A stretch of DNA of 64,000 nucleotides from Bacilli bacterium (GCA_017436345.1 JAFSDH010000004.1:200084-264083), one strand, 5' to 3'; positions 27,435 to 37,826 are shown, counted from the first letter of the stretch. The notes: generated by a model not told the origin, from the sequence alone. Program-made: numbers and translations.

Positions 27435-30041
27435 ATGGCTAAAGAAGTAAATGAAAAAATAACAAATATGATTGATGAATTAATAATAAAGGCAAAAATA
27501 GCAAGTGAAGAGTATAAGAAACTAACTCAAGAAGATGTTGATAATATTATTAAGAAAATGTCTATGGCAATATTAGAAAACCATATGCATCTTGCTAAAA
27601 TGGCAGTTGAAGAAACAGGTCGTGGAATATACGAGGATAAAATAACTAAAAATATCTTTGCATCTGAATATATTTACCATAGTATTAAGTATGATAAAAC
27701 TGTTGGTGTTGTTCAAGATAATGAAGAAGAAGGATACCAAATGATTGCAGAACCAATTGGGATAATTGCGGGAGTAACACCAGTAACTAATCCAACATCT
27801 ACTACTTCATTTAAATCTTTAATAGCAGCAAAAACGAGAAACGTAATTGTTTTTGGTTTCCATCCATCTGCCCAAAGATGTAGTGTTGAAACAGCTAAAA
27901 TATTAAGAGATGCTGCAATAAGTGCAGGAGCACCAGAAAATTGTATTTTATGGATAGAAGAACCATCTATTGATGCAACTAGTGCATTAATGAATCATCC
28001 TGATGTAAGTCTGATTCTAGCAACAGGTGGAACTGGTATGGTAAAAGCTGCATATTCTTGCGGTAAGCCAGCATTAGGTGTAGGACCAGGTAATGTACCA
28101 TGTTATATTCATAAAAGTGCTAAATTAAGAAGAAGTGTTACTGATTTAATATTATCTAAATCGTTTGATAATGGAATGATTTGTGCTAGTGAACAATCAG
28201 TAATCGTTGATAAAGAAATTAGTACCGATTTTGAAAGTTTAATGATTGAAAATGGTTGTTATTTCCTAACACCACGTGAAAAATCTAAATTACAAGAATA
28301 TATGTTTAAAATTAAATATAATAAATTTGATTTAAATAGTGATGTAGTAGGTCAAAGTCCATATAAAATTGCGCAAGAAGCTGGAATTGATGTACCTAAA
28401 GATACTAAAATCCTAGTCGTAAAAGAAAATGGTGTTGGAGAAGAGTATCCATTCTCAAAAGAAAAACTAAGTCCTGTTTTAACTTATTACACAGTAAAAA
28501 ATAGCGATGAAGGAATTGCTTTAGCCGAAACCCTAGTTGAATATGGTGGACTTGGACACTCTGCTGTAGTTCATGCTGAAGATGAAGAAATAATTGATAA
28601 ATTCTCAAATACTTTGAAAGCAGGAAGAATTATTGTTAATACGCCATCTACACATGGCGCTATAGGTGATTTATATAATACTAATATGCCATCACTTACT
28701 TTAGGTTGTGGTACATTTGGTGGAAATTCAACAACTGATAATGTATCAAGTGTCAATTTAATAAACCTAAAAAGAGTTGCAAAAAGAAGAGTGAATATGC
28801 AATGGTTTAAAATACCAAATAAAATTTATTTTGAATGCGGTTCTATTGAATACTTATCAAAAATGCATAATGTAGAAAGAGTTTTTATTGTAACGGATGA
28901 ATCAATGATAAATTTAGGATACGTTGATAAGATTATTTATCAATTACGCAAAAGAAAAAATAATCCACAAATAGAAGTTTTTTCTCAAGTAGAAGCAGAT
29001 CCATCATTTACAACAGTTGCAAGAGGAGTATCTGAAATGAACAGATTTGAACCAGATACAATCATTGCACTAGGTGGTGGAAGTCCAATTGATGCTGCAA
29101 AGGGGATGTGGTTATTCTATGAACATCCTGATGTTGATATTGAAGGTTTAAAATTAAAATTTTTAGATATAAGAAAAAGAACATATAAGTACCCAACTCT
29201 TGGTAATAAATCAAGATTAGTAGCAATACCTACAACTAGTGGTACAGGTAGTGAAGTAACATCATTTGCTGTTATTACTGATAAAGAAAGAAATATTAAA
29301 TACCCATTAGCTGATTACGAATTAACGCCAGATGTTGCAATTATTGATCCAGACTTAGTTATGACTTTACCAAAAGGATTAACAGCTGATACTGGTATGG
29401 ATGTATTAACTCATGCAATTGAAGCTTATGTTTCAACTATGGCTAATGACTATACTGATGGTTTAGCAGAAAAAGCTGTTGAGCTAGTATTTAATAATTT
29501 ATTAGAAGCTTATGAAGATGGAACTAATAAAACAGCACGAGAACATATGCATAATGCTAGTTGTATAGCTGGTATGGCTTTTACTAATGCGTTCTTAGGA
29601 ATAAATCATTCAATTGCTCATAAATTAGGAGGAGAGTTCCATATCCCACATGGTAGATGTAATGCTATATTACTTCCATATGTAATTAGATATAATGCTA
29701 CAAAACCAACTAAATTTGTATCATTTCCTAAATATGAGTATTACGTGGCTGATGAAAGATATGCTGCTCTTGCCAAAAGAGTTGGTCTATCAGCAAGAAG
29801 TACTGAAACAGGAGTTAATTCTTTAATTAATGCTATTAATTTAATGAATAAAAAGTTAGGTATTCCTAAAACACTAAAAGAATATGGAATAAGTGAAAAT
29901 GAATTTTTGGAAAAAGTAGATTATCTAGCCGAAAAAGCTTTTGAAGATCAATGTACTCCTTCAAATCCTAGATTACCACTTGTAACTGAATTAAAAGAAT
30001 TATTATTACAAGCGTACTATGGAGATGAAGAAAATAATTAA
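27435..30041 (+). CDS. adhE: Bifunctional acetaldehyde-CoA/alcohol dehydrogenase
   Basis: About 868 aa from ATG 27435 (the track uses TTG 27429). The ALDH half has a catalytic Cys in [12 protein letters not shown]. The Fe-ADH half has [10 protein letters not shown] and [12 protein letters not shown]. Confidence 0.95.
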   Translation: MAKEVNEKITNMIDELIIKAKIASEEYKKLTQEDVDNIIKKMSMAILENHMHLAKMAVEETGRGIYEDKITKNIFASEYIYHSIKYDKTVGVVQDNEEEGYQMIAEPIGIIAGVTPVTNPTSTTSFKSLIAAKTRNVIVFGFHPSAQRCSVETAKILRDAAISAGAPENCILWIEEPSIDATSALMNHPDVSLILATGGTGMVKAAYSCGKPALGVGPGNVPCYIHKSAKLRRSVTDLILSKSFDNGMICASEQSVIVDKEISTDFESLMIENGCYFLTPREKSKLQEYMFKIKYNKFDLNSDVVGQSPYKIAQEAGIDVPKDTKILVVKENGVGEEYPFSKEKLSPVLTYYTVKNSDEGIALAETLVEYGGLGHSAVVHAEDEEIIDKFSNTLKAGRIIVNTPSTHGAIGDLYNTNMPSLTLGCGTFGGNSTTDNVSSVNLINLKRVAKRRVNMQWFKIPNKIYFECGSIEYLSKMHNVERVFIVTDESMINLGYVDKIIYQLRKRKNNPQIEVFSQVEADPSFTTVARGVSEMNRFEPDTIIALGGGSPIDAAKGMWLFYEHPDVDIEGLKLKFLDIRKRTYKYPTLGNKSRLVAIPTTSGTGSEVTSFAVITDKERNIKYPLADYELTPDVAIIDPDLVMTLPKGLTADTGMDVLTHAIEAYVSTMANDYTDGLAEKAVELVFNNLLEAYEDGTNKTAREHMHNASCIAGMAFTNAFLGINHSIAHKLGGEFHIPHGRCNAILLPYVIRYNATKPTKFVSFPKYEYYVADERYAALAKRVGLSARSTETGVNSLINAINLMNKKLGIPKTLKEYGISENEFLEKVDYLAEKAFEDQCTPSNPRLPLVTELKELLLQAYYGDEENN

Positions 30042-30059
30042 TAGATAAGGGGTGATATT

Positions 30060-30326
30060 GTGAACATAGATATTATTATATTTCTATTAACAATCAATAT
30101 CATTTCCTTTTTTTTATGTGTTTTTGACAAATATTTAGCTATAAAAAAGAAATATCGTATATCAGAAAAAATTTTATTAGGAAGTTGTCTTATTGGTGGT
30201 GTGTTTGGCTTTTTTATAGCAAGTCGCATAATAAGACATAAAACAAAAGATAAAATTTTTAAAATATTTTTCTATCCAATATTATTTCTTTGGATAATTA
30301 TATTAATTTATTTAAATTTATGTTAG
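30060..30326 (+). CDS. DUF1294-family small membrane protein
   Basis: 88 aa, GTG start. FDKYLAIKKKYRISEKILL...GGVFGFFIASRIIRHKTKDKIF matches the DUF1294 pattern. Confidence 0.7.
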   Translation: MNIDIIIFLLTINIISFFLCVFDKYLAIKKKYRISEKILLGSCLIGGVFGFFIASRIIRHKTKDKIFKIFFYPILFLWIIILIYLNLC

Positions 30327-30362
30327 AATATTTATAGATAGTAAGATCCATGGAGGGATAAT

Positions 30363-32036
30363 ATGGATGATTTAAATAATTATAGTCTTGATGCAATATA
30401 TGAAATGATACAAGATGGAACAATTAGTGTTGAAGATTTAGCTGAATATATAACAGAAGTAGCAGCAGAAATGCCTCCAACTGAAGAATTAAGAGAATTT
30501 TTAATTGCTGCTAGTGAATATATGGATCGAAGAATTGAAAGTGGTTATGAAGTAAGCGAACCATCTCCAAAAGAAGAAACTATTCAAGAAGTTATTGAAG
30601 AGGCTGAAGCTGTACCAAAACCAGAGCAAGTAGTAGAGCAACCAGAACCAGTTGTAACGCCAACACCTGTTTTTGTATCACCGGTTATTGAAGAGCCAGA
30701 ACCAGTATTAGAAGTAGAACAAGAAGAAAAAACTAATGATAATGTTGAAGTACCAGAACTAGCAGCTACAGAATATCCATTCTTTGAAAGTGATGGGAAT
30801 TCATACGAAGAAGCAAGACAAGCTATGGATGAAGTATACTTATATTGTCAAACTGCTGGTATGAGTGTTGAAGATATATCACTATCAGGAAAAGGTGGCC
30901 GTGGTCCTCATATAAGTTTTGAAATTAATCATGAAAGTAAACAATTCTTAGACCATTTAATGAATGAATTCTATCAAGATAATGATGGAATATCTTTAGA
31001 ATTTATGCGTGATATGACTAATAAACAAGAAATCTTTACGATTAATATTAATCCCGAAAATATGAGTAGAGAACAGTTTTTCAACCACGTTAAAGAAACA
31101 TTCCAAAGAATATATGGTGTAATAGAAACAACTAGAAAAGACTTTGATTACGAAAGTGCTATGCCAGACGGATTAAAACAAATAAAAGATCGTTTTGCAA
31201 ATGATGATCCTGATATTAATCAAGATTTTACAATTGGTTATATTAATAAAGATGGTAAGGATACGTATTATTTAGTAGCAGATAATGATGCTGCTGCAAT
31301 TGAATATGCAAGAAGTATTGGTTATGAAATTAAGAGCAAACCAGGAGCTAATATTCATGAAATAGACGCTACAAATACAATTGGTACAAAACTAGATGAT
31401 GCTGCTATAGCGTTAGAAGATGAAAAAGATGTTTATGATATAAAAACAAATGGAGTAGCTGATTTAGATATATATGGTTCTTTAGAACAAGATCCTCGTG
31501 TTGAAATGATTGAAAACTTTATTGAAACAAGTAATGACCCACATCTTATGTGTATTTTAGAAGTTGAAGTACCTGTTGATAATCCTAGTCAAAGAATTGT
31601 TAAGATGAAAACAGAAATGGGTGGAAGCGATGTCGTTGTCTTTACTGATGGTCATGAATTTGATAATAAAGTTTTACCTAAAGTAATTGATACATATGCC
31701 CAAAATAACCCAATTGAACAACAAAATATTTCAGTATCTAGTCCAGATCCATTAGACCGAGCTAGTTGCCAAGTTGAATCTGAAAACAATACAACATTTA
31801 TGGCAAGTGGATATAGCTCTAATGAAGTAAATAAAATGGTTAGTGATATAGAATCAAAATCTCAAACTTATGCATCAGAACAAACAAATGAAAAAACTAA
31901 TGCTAGACAAAAGACTATTGGAACATATCCAAATAGTAATACAACACAAGATAACGCTTTTGTTTCAATGCCTGTACTATTTGTTATTTGCATTTTGTTT
32001 GTACTTATGCTAGCATTAATTATATTTGCTGGATAG
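30363..32036 (+). CDS. Hypothetical acidic tail-anchored protein
   Basis: 557 aa. Pro/Glu/Val-rich linker (EPSPKEETIQEVIEEAEAVPKPEQVVEQPEPVVTPTP). Single C-terminal TM helix VLFVICILFVLMLALIIFAG. Confidence 0.6.
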   Translation: MDDLNNYSLDAIYEMIQDGTISVEDLAEYITEVAAEMPPTEELREFLIAASEYMDRRIESGYEVSEPSPKEETIQEVIEEAEAVPKPEQVVEQPEPVVTPTPVFVSPVIEEPEPVLEVEQEEKTNDNVEVPELAATEYPFFESDGNSYEEARQAMDEVYLYCQTAGMSVEDISLSGKGGRGPHISFEINHESKQFLDHLMNEFYQDNDGISLEFMRDMTNKQEIFTININPENMSREQFFNHVKETFQRIYGVIETTRKDFDYESAMPDGLKQIKDRFANDDPDINQDFTIGYINKDGKDTYYLVADNDAAAIEYARSIGYEIKSKPGANIHEIDATNTIGTKLDDAAIALEDEKDVYDIKTNGVADLDIYGSLEQDPRVEMIENFIETSNDPHLMCILEVEVPVDNPSQRIVKMKTEMGGSDVVVFTDGHEFDNKVLPKVIDTYAQNNPIEQQNISVSSPDPLDRASCQVESENNTTFMASGYSSNEVNKMVSDIESKSQTYASEQTNEKTNARQKTIGTYPNSNTTQDNAFVSMPVLFVICILFVLMLALIIFAG

Positions 32037-32046
32037 GTGATTAGTA

Positions 32047-32331
32047 ATGAAAAAATTAAGTAATGAAGAAAAATATGAAAATTATAAAAAAAGAGAAAAG
32101 ATTCGTATCGCTATAATAATAAATAGTATTATAACAATAATATTAGCAATTTTAAGTCTAGTTATTAAATTAGATATAACCTTTGCTCTTATCTTTTTCT
32201 GTATAACATATTTCTTAAAAAATAAAAGGGCAAAGCTTGAAAATGAAGTAAAAGAACCAGAAAAAGATAAAAAAAGTAATGAAAAGAATAAAAAAACAGA
32301 AAAAACTACTAAAAAAGATAAGAAAAAGTAA
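32047..32331 (+). CDS. Hypothetical small membrane protein with Lys-rich tail
   Basis: 94 aa, two hydrophobic helices, C-terminal KKTEKTTKKDKKK. Confidence 0.45.
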   Translation: MKKLSNEEKYENYKKREKIRIAIIINSIITIILAILSLVIKLDITFALIFFCITYFLKNKRAKLENEVKEPEKDKKSNEKNKKTEKTTKKDKKK

Positions 32332-32338
32332 TTTTTTG

Positions 32339-32367
32339 TTGACATATCAATAAAAAATGCATATAAT
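32339..32367 (+). promoter_or_regulatory. Sigma-A-type promoter of the infC operon
   Basis: TTGACA (32339-32344), 17 nt spacer, TATAAT (32362-32367). Confidence 0.65.
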
Positions 32368-32520
32368 TAGTAACGTAAATAAAAAAAGGAAAGCGATGTA
32401 CCTACATCCACCTGATTGCGAAAAGTGATAGGTAAAAGGCCGATAAAAGAATATATATAAATAGAATTATATTGTTTTTTATGGGATAAAGTAGGTACAA
32501 TGTACCTACTTTTTATTATT
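32368..32520 (+). promoter_or_regulatory. L20-leader-type transcription attenuator upstream of infC-rpmI-rplT
   Basis: Terminator AAAGTAGGTACA-a-TGTACCTACTTT + T-run (32488-32520). An upstream copy of GTACCTAC (32398-32405) can pair with the 5' terminator arm GTAGGTAC (32491-32498). The position matches the Firmicute L20 leader. Confidence 0.6.
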
Positions 32521-32537
32521 TAATGGAGGTGTTTTTT

Positions 32538-33062
32538 ATAGCAAGTTCAAAGAACGATTTGTTAATTAATGAAAAAATAAGAGTTAGTCAAGTTTTAGTT
32601 ATTGGTCCTAATGGAGAACAAGTAGGAGTAAAATCAACACAAGATGCATTAACTTTAGCAAGTTATGCAGGATTAGATTTAGTACTAATCAATCCTAATG
32701 GTAATCCACCAGTATGTAAAGTAATGGATTACAACAAATTTAAGTATGAAAAAGCAAAGAAAGAAAAAGCTGCTTTAAAGAAACAAAAAGCTAGTATTAC
32801 AGAAACAAAAGAATTTAGATTATCACCAACTATTGATGTAGGAGATATTGAAACTAAATTAAAAAATGTTACTAAATACTTAGAAAAAGGAGATAAGATT
32901 AAATTATCTATTCGTTTCAAAGGTAGACAAATGGCTCATACAGATTTAGGAAAAGAAGTACTTGTTAAATTTGCTGCAAGATTAGAAGATATTGCAGATA
33001 TTGAACAACAACCAAAACTAGATGGTCGTAGTATGACTATGTTATTGGCACCAAAGAAATAA
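32538..33062 (+). CDS. infC: Translation initiation factor IF-3 (non-canonical ATA start)
   Basis: SD GGAGGTG (32525-32531) lies 6 nt before the in-frame ATA 32538. The track ATG 32523 overlaps the SD. The product (M)ASSKNDLLINEKIRVSQVLVIGPNGEQ... aligns with IF3 N-termini. Confidence 0.9.
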   Translation: MASSKNDLLINEKIRVSQVLVIGPNGEQVGVKSTQDALTLASYAGLDLVLINPNGNPPVCKVMDYNKFKYEKAKKEKAALKKQKASITETKEFRLSPTIDVGDIETKLKNVTKYLEKGDKIKLSIRFKGRQMAHTDLGKEVLVKFAARLEDIADIEQQPKLDGRSMTMLLAPKK

Positions 33063-33081
33063 AATTAAGGAGGAAATTATA

Positions 33082-33273
33082 ATGCCTAAAATAAAAACAC
33101 ATAAAGGTTTAAAGAAAGTATTAAATGTAAGAAAAAGTGGAACTGTAACAATTGGTAGACCAGGTTCACGTCATAATACAGGAAGTAAAAGTCAAGCTGT
33201 AAACAGAAAAAATAGAAAAGGTTCAGTTTTATCAAAAGCTGATAGAAACAGATTACAAAATATTATTAAGTAA
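33082..33273 (+). CDS. rpmI: 50S ribosomal protein L35
   Basis: 63 aa, MPKIKTHKGLKK... basic. Confidence 0.95.
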   Translation: MPKIKTHKGLKKVLNVRKSGTVTIGRPGSRHNTGSKSQAVNRKNRKGSVLSKADRNRLQNIIK

Positions 33274-33298
33274 TTAGATTGAGTAGGAGGAAATAGAA

Positions 33299-33853
33299 AT
33301 GACAAGAGTTAAGAATGGTGTTACTACAAAAAAACGTCATAAAAAAGTTTTAAAAGCTGCTAAAGGTTATTTTGGAAGTAAACATAGATTATATAAAACT
33401 GCAAAAGAACAATTAATGCATTCAGGACAATATGCGTTCCGTGATAGAAAACAAAAGAAAAGAGACTTCAGAAAATTATGGATTACAAGAATTAATGCTG
33501 CATGTCGTGAAAACGAAATCAGTTATTCTAGATTCATCGAAGGTTTAACAAAAGCTGGTGTAGAAGTTAACAGAAAAATGTTATCTGAAATCGCTATCAA
33601 TGATCCTGCATCATTTGCAGAAATCGTAAAAACTGCTAAAGCTGGATTAGAAGGAAAAGTAAAAGCTAACGTTAAAGAAGTTAAAAACGAAGTAGTTAAA
33701 GCATCTGCTAAAGCAGAAAAGAAAGCTACTAAAAAAGAAGAAAAAACAGAAGTAAAAGAAGAAAAGAAAGTAGCAAAAAAAGCTACAGCTAAAAAAGAAA
33801 CAGCAGAAAAGAAACCTGCTGCTAAAAAAACAACTAAAAAAGAAGCAAAATAA
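33299..33853 (+). CDS. rplT: 50S ribosomal protein L20 with ~65-aa Lys/Ala/Glu-rich C-terminal extension
   Basis: 184 aa. The core [26 protein letters not shown]...[12 protein letters not shown] is followed by an [26 protein letters not shown]-type tail. Confidence 0.95.
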   Translation: MTRVKNGVTTKKRHKKVLKAAKGYFGSKHRLYKTAKEQLMHSGQYAFRDRKQKKRDFRKLWITRINAACRENEISYSRFIEGLTKAGVEVNRKMLSEIAINDPASFAEIVKTAKAGLEGKVKANVKEVKNEVVKASAKAEKKATKKEEKTEVKEEKKVAKKATAKKETAEKKPAAKKTTKKEAK

Positions 33854-33943
33854 AAAAATCATATTAATGAATTGATTTATCTAGTGCCGAAAGGTGATAA
33901 ATTTTAGAAATTAATAAGTGTATAACGAAAAGGAGAAAATAAA

Positions 33944-34882
33944 ATGACAGTAGTTTCAATGAATTATTTATTAGAAGCTGGTGTTCAATTCGGACACCAA
34001 AAAAGAAGATGGAATCCAAAGATGAAAGAATATATCTTTACATCTCGTGATGACATTTATATAATCGATTTACAAAAAACAGTAAAAAAATTAGAAGAAG
34101 CATATGCTGCTATGAAAACAGTAGCAGAAAACGAAGGAAAGGTATTATTTGTTGGTACTAAAAAACAAGCTCAAGAAGCAGCAGAAGAATCAGCAGTAAG
34201 AACTGGAATGTACTTCGTTAATGAAAGATGGTTAGGTGGAACTTTAACTAACTTCAAAACTATCCGTTCAAGAATTAGAAGAATGGAAGAAATCGAACAA
34301 ATGGAAAAAGATGGTATCTTCAACTTATTACCTAAAAAAGAAGTTATCCAAATTAGAAAAGAATATGATAAATTAAACAAAAACTTAAGAGGAATCAGAG
34401 ATATGAAAAAACTTCCTGATGCTTTAGTTATTGTTGATCCTAAAAAAGAAGAAATCGCTATTAAAGAAGCTAGAATTTTAGGAATTCCTGTATTTGGTGT
34501 AGTTGATACTAACTGTGATCCAGATATGGTTGATTATGTTATCCCAGGAAATGATGACGCTGTAAGAAGTGTTAAATTAATGATTGGTGTTTTAACTAAC
34601 GCTATTTGTGAAGTTCTTGGTAAAGAAGTAATTGATTATGTTACTGAAGATGATAAAGCTAAGAAAGAAACTAAAAAAGAAGTAAAAAAAGAAACTAAGA
34701 AAGAAGAAACTAAAGAAGAAGCTACTCCAGTAGTAGAAGAAACTGTAGTTGAAGAAGTAAAAGAAGAAAAAGTAGATTATTCTGCTATGACTTTAACTGA
34801 ATTAAAAGAAGTTGCTAAAGCACAAGGGGTTAAAGGTTATTCAAAAATGAAGAAAGAAGAATTAATTAACGCTTTAAACTAA
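33944..34882 (+). CDS. rpsB: 30S ribosomal protein S2 with C-terminal extension ending in a Rho_N/SAP-like helix-extended-helix motif
   Basis: 312 aa. S2 core ([19 protein letters not shown]...VDTNCDPD...). The tail is [16 protein letters not shown]... then [31 protein letters not shown]. Confidence 0.95.
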   Translation: MTVVSMNYLLEAGVQFGHQKRRWNPKMKEYIFTSRDDIYIIDLQKTVKKLEEAYAAMKTVAENEGKVLFVGTKKQAQEAAEESAVRTGMYFVNERWLGGTLTNFKTIRSRIRRMEEIEQMEKDGIFNLLPKKEVIQIRKEYDKLNKNLRGIRDMKKLPDALVIVDPKKEEIAIKEARILGIPVFGVVDTNCDPDMVDYVIPGNDDAVRSVKLMIGVLTNAICEVLGKEVIDYVTEDDKAKKETKKEVKKETKKEETKEEATPVVEETVVEEVKEEKVDYSAMTLTELKEVAKAQGVKGYSKMKKEELINALN

Positions 34883-34904
34883 GAGTAATTAATTAAATAG
34901 GAGG

Positions 34905-35786
34905 ATGTCTAATATGTTTAGTGCAAGTGATATAAAAGCTTTAAGAGAAAAAACAGGAGCTGGAATGTTAGATTGTAAAAAAGCTCTTGAAGAAACTAAA
35001 GGGGATATGGATGCTGCTGTTGACTACCTAAGAGAAAAGGGAATTGCTAAAGCTGCTAAAAAAGAATCAAGAATAGCTGCTGAAGGTTTAACTGAAATGG
35101 TAGTAAACGGAAACAAAGCTGTTATCGTTGAAGTAAATTCAGAAACAGATTTCGTTGCTAAAAACGAAGAATTTAGAAATTTCATTAGTGTAATTAGTAA
35201 TGCTATTTTAAATAGTGATGCTAAAACAATGGAAGAAGCATTAAATATCGAAACTGAAAATGGAACTATCAGTGAATACTTAGTTAATTTAGTAGCTAAA
35301 ATAGGTGAAAAGATTAGCTTTAGAAGATTTGAAGTAGTTGAAAAAACAGATAAAGATATCTTTGGATGCTATTCACACATGGGTGGAAGAATAAGCGTAT
35401 TAACAGTAATCGAAGGTGCAAATGAAGATGTAGCTAAAGATGTAAGTATGCATGTAGCTGCTATGAATCCTGGTTACTTAAATAGAGATGAAGTTCCTGC
35501 TGAAGTTATTGAACATGAAAAAGCAATCATTAAAGAACAAGCTATGAATGAAGGGAAACCTGCTGATATAGCTGAAAAAATGGTTATGGGAAGAATTAAT
35601 AAATACTACAAAGAAGTATGTTTATTAGAACAAGCTTTTGTTAAAGACCCAGACTTAACAGTTGAAAAATTTGTTGCTAACAATGGTGGAACAATTAAAT
35701 CTATGATTCGTTATGAAGTAGGAGAAGGAATCGAAAAACGTCAAGATGACTTCGCTGCTGAAGTAATGAGCCAAATTAATGGATAA
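34905..35786 (+). CDS. tsf: Elongation factor Ts
   Basis: 293 aa. [25 protein letters not shown]-like N-terminus. Follows rpsB. Confidence 0.95.
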   Translation: MSNMFSASDIKALREKTGAGMLDCKKALEETKGDMDAAVDYLREKGIAKAAKKESRIAAEGLTEMVVNGNKAVIVEVNSETDFVAKNEEFRNFISVISNAILNSDAKTMEEALNIETENGTISEYLVNLVAKIGEKISFRRFEVVEKTDKDIFGCYSHMGGRISVLTVIEGANEDVAKDVSMHVAAMNPGYLNRDEVPAEVIEHEKAIIKEQAMNEGKPADIAEKMVMGRINKYYKEVCLLEQAFVKDPDLTVEKFVANNGGTIKSMIRYEVGEGIEKRQDDFAAEVMSQING

Positions 35787-35787
35787 T

Positions 35788-35818
35788 AAAAGAAGAGGTA
35801 ACTCTTCTTTTTATTTTT
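35788..35818 (+). terminator. Intrinsic terminator after tsf
   Basis: AAGAAGAG-gtaa-CTCTTCTT, then TTTATTTTT. Confidence 0.75.
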
Positions 35819-35916
35819 AGATAAATAGAAATTGATTAACGATAAAATTAATCATATAATTATATTGAAAAAGACTTTATGAAGTGATAAAATTACAAAC
35901 AAAGAAAGGTGATAAT

Positions 35917-36603
35917 ATGAGTATAATTAAGAAAAAAGAAAGAGGAAGTCTAATAGTTATTTCTGGACCTAGTGGAGTAGGAAAAGATACTGTTGTTAAT
36001 GAATATGTAAAAACACATGATAATGCATGGATATCTGTTTCAACTACATCACGACCAATGAGACCAGGTGATGTTGAAGGAGAAACATATAATTTTGTTA
36101 CAACAGAGGAGTTTGAAAGACTAATAAAAGAAGATTACTTTTTAGAGTATGCAGACTATGTCGATAAATATTATGGTACACCTAAAAAGTTTATTAATGA
36201 AAAATTAGAGAAGGGTATAGACGTTTTCTTAGTAATCGAAATACAAGGTGCTATGAAAGTAAAAGAACTAATCCCTGATGCTTTATTTATTTTCTTATTA
36301 CCACCAAACTTAAAAACTTTAAAAAGTCGTTTGAAAAATCGTGGAACAGAAACAAAAGAAAAAATGATAGAAAGATTTAAGGCTGCATATCATGAAATGA
36401 ACCAAGTAACTAAATATAATTATGTTGTAATTAGTGAAGAATTAACTGAAACAGTAAAAAAGATAGAAGCTATTTTAATATCTGAAAAGTTACGTTGTGA
36501 TCGTATTGAGGAAGTATATCTAAATAACGAAGAAGAATATATGCATGAAATGTTATTAGAAGATAAAGAAATGCCAAATAAAATTTTAGAGGTTGAAGAA
36601 TAG
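35917..36603 (+). CDS. gmk: Guanylate kinase
   Basis: ATG 35917 follows SD AAAGGTGA (the track start 35884 is upstream of the SD). P-loop GPSGVGKDT. TTRPMRPGDVEGETY-like STTSRPMRPGDVEGETY. Confidence 0.9.
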   Translation: MSIIKKKERGSLIVISGPSGVGKDTVVNEYVKTHDNAWISVSTTSRPMRPGDVEGETYNFVTTEEFERLIKEDYFLEYADYVDKYYGTPKKFINEKLEKGIDVFLVIEIQGAMKVKELIPDALFIFLLPPNLKTLKSRLKNRGTETKEKMIERFKAAYHEMNQVTKYNYVVISEELTETVKKIEAILISEKLRCDRIEEVYLNNEEEYMHEMLLEDKEMPNKILEVEE

Positions 36604-36631
36604 AATGTAAATTTACATTCTATTTTTTTTA
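36601..36631 (+). terminator. Intrinsic terminator after gmk
   Basis: TAGAATGTAA / TTACATTCTA palindrome, then T8. Confidence 0.75.
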
Positions 36632-36687
36632 TTTAAAACAAAAACAAAAAAACATTTAGTATAATATATATAATAGAGGTGTAATAT

Positions 36688-37788
36688 ATGAAAAAACTAA
36701 TAAAATTTTTACCAATATATATAATACTTATTTTATTAACTGTTAAAGTAGAAGCTTTTTCTGGGGCAACATCAATAAGTGAATTACCCATAAATACAGA
36801 AAAAGGACAATATATAACTTTGTATCATACAGTTGATACTAGCACGTTAGATATGTCTATTGATTATACATATGATAGTGGTTACTTAAAATTAGTAGGA
36901 TTTATAAATTCCAATAACTCTAAATGTTCATTAACTGCTAATACAATTACATGTAGTAATGTTTCTGCTAAAAATGCTTTTGTTTATCCTATTTTCAAAA
37001 TAATAAATACATTTAATAGTAATAAAGATATATCAGCAACTTTTAATACAACAGAAGCTCATAATACTACTAAAACAACTATAACTAAAGTTGATAAAGT
37101 TATAGAAGTTTCATCTGTTGAATTAGATAGTTATGAAGAAAGTTTATTAGTTGGTGCTACTTATCAAATTATTGCAACTATTCTTCCAGAAAATGCTAAT
37201 AATAAATCAGTAACATATAATGCTACTAATCCTGAAGTAGCAACTGTTACTCAAACGGGTTTAGTAACTGCCATTCAAGAAGGAACAACAACAATAACTG
37301 TATCAAGCGGAAATCAAAAAGCTATTTTTACAATAAATGTTAGTAATGAAGAAATTCCATTAGAAAGTATATCAATTCAAGAAAAAATTGAACTAAAAGA
37401 AGGCGAAAGTGAAGCTTTGAAAGTTGTTTATACTCCTGAAGATACTACTGTTAATATTAGAGATTTAGTATATTCATCAAGTGATGAAAAAATCGCAATA
37501 GTTGATTCAACAGGTAAAGTTATCGCAATTAAAGAAGGAACTGCTACAATTACTGCTAGTTTAGGAGAGCAAACAACATCATCAACTATAACAGTTACAA
37601 AAGAAAAAGTAGAAGAAAAAGAAAAGAAAGAAAGTTCTTTTGTACCATGTTTAATTACAGGAATAGTTACCTTTATTGTAACAGTATTAATATTCTTTAT
37701 AAAATCACTAATTACAAGAAAAAAAGAATTAGATGGTGGTAATGATCCTAGTAATGATGATGATATTAGTTTAAGTCCATATATATAA
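36688..37788 (+). CDS. Membrane-anchored surface protein with two bacterial Ig-like (Big_2-type) domains
   Basis: 366 aa. Signal peptide. Two repeats (LLVGATYQIIATILPENANNKSVTYNATNPEVATVTQTGLVTAIQEGTTTITV and LKEGESEALKVVYTPEDTT...IAIVDSTGKVIAIKEGTATITA). C-terminal TM helix plus tail. Confidence 0.7.
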   Translation: MKKLIKFLPIYIILILLTVKVEAFSGATSISELPINTEKGQYITLYHTVDTSTLDMSIDYTYDSGYLKLVGFINSNNSKCSLTANTITCSNVSAKNAFVYPIFKIINTFNSNKDISATFNTTEAHNTTKTTITKVDKVIEVSSVELDSYEESLLVGATYQIIATILPENANNKSVTYNATNPEVATVTQTGLVTAIQEGTTTITVSSGNQKAIFTINVSNEEIPLESISIQEKIELKEGESEALKVVYTPEDTTVNIRDLVYSSSDEKIAIVDSTGKVIAIKEGTATITASLGEQTTSSTITVTKEKVEEKEKKESSFVPCLITGIVTFIVTVLIFFIKSLITRKKELDGGNDPSNDDDISLSPYI

Positions 37789-37793
37789 TAGAT

Positions 37794-37826
37794 AAAAAGA
37801 TTAATTTTTCAATTAATCTTTTTTTA
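37794..37826. terminator. Bidirectional terminator between convergent genes
   Basis: AAGATTAATT-tttc-AATTAATCTT flanked by A- and T-runs. Confidence 0.7.

Noticed and set aside
33647-33862. 71-aa minus-strand ORF (FFFF/CFF-rich).
   Set aside because: It is the mirror image of the Lys/Ala/Glu-rich L20 tail, a compositional artefact. The same reasoning applies to the other 60-93-aa antisense track ORFs (2495, 2691, 3542, 6526, 10044, 15760, 21764, 22573, 25529, 28405, 28571, 30038, 32082, 32729, 34171, 42129, 44895, 45156, 46107, 46708, 49900, 57462, 58688, 59470). It also applies to 15359..15547, an overlapping frame of rbr.
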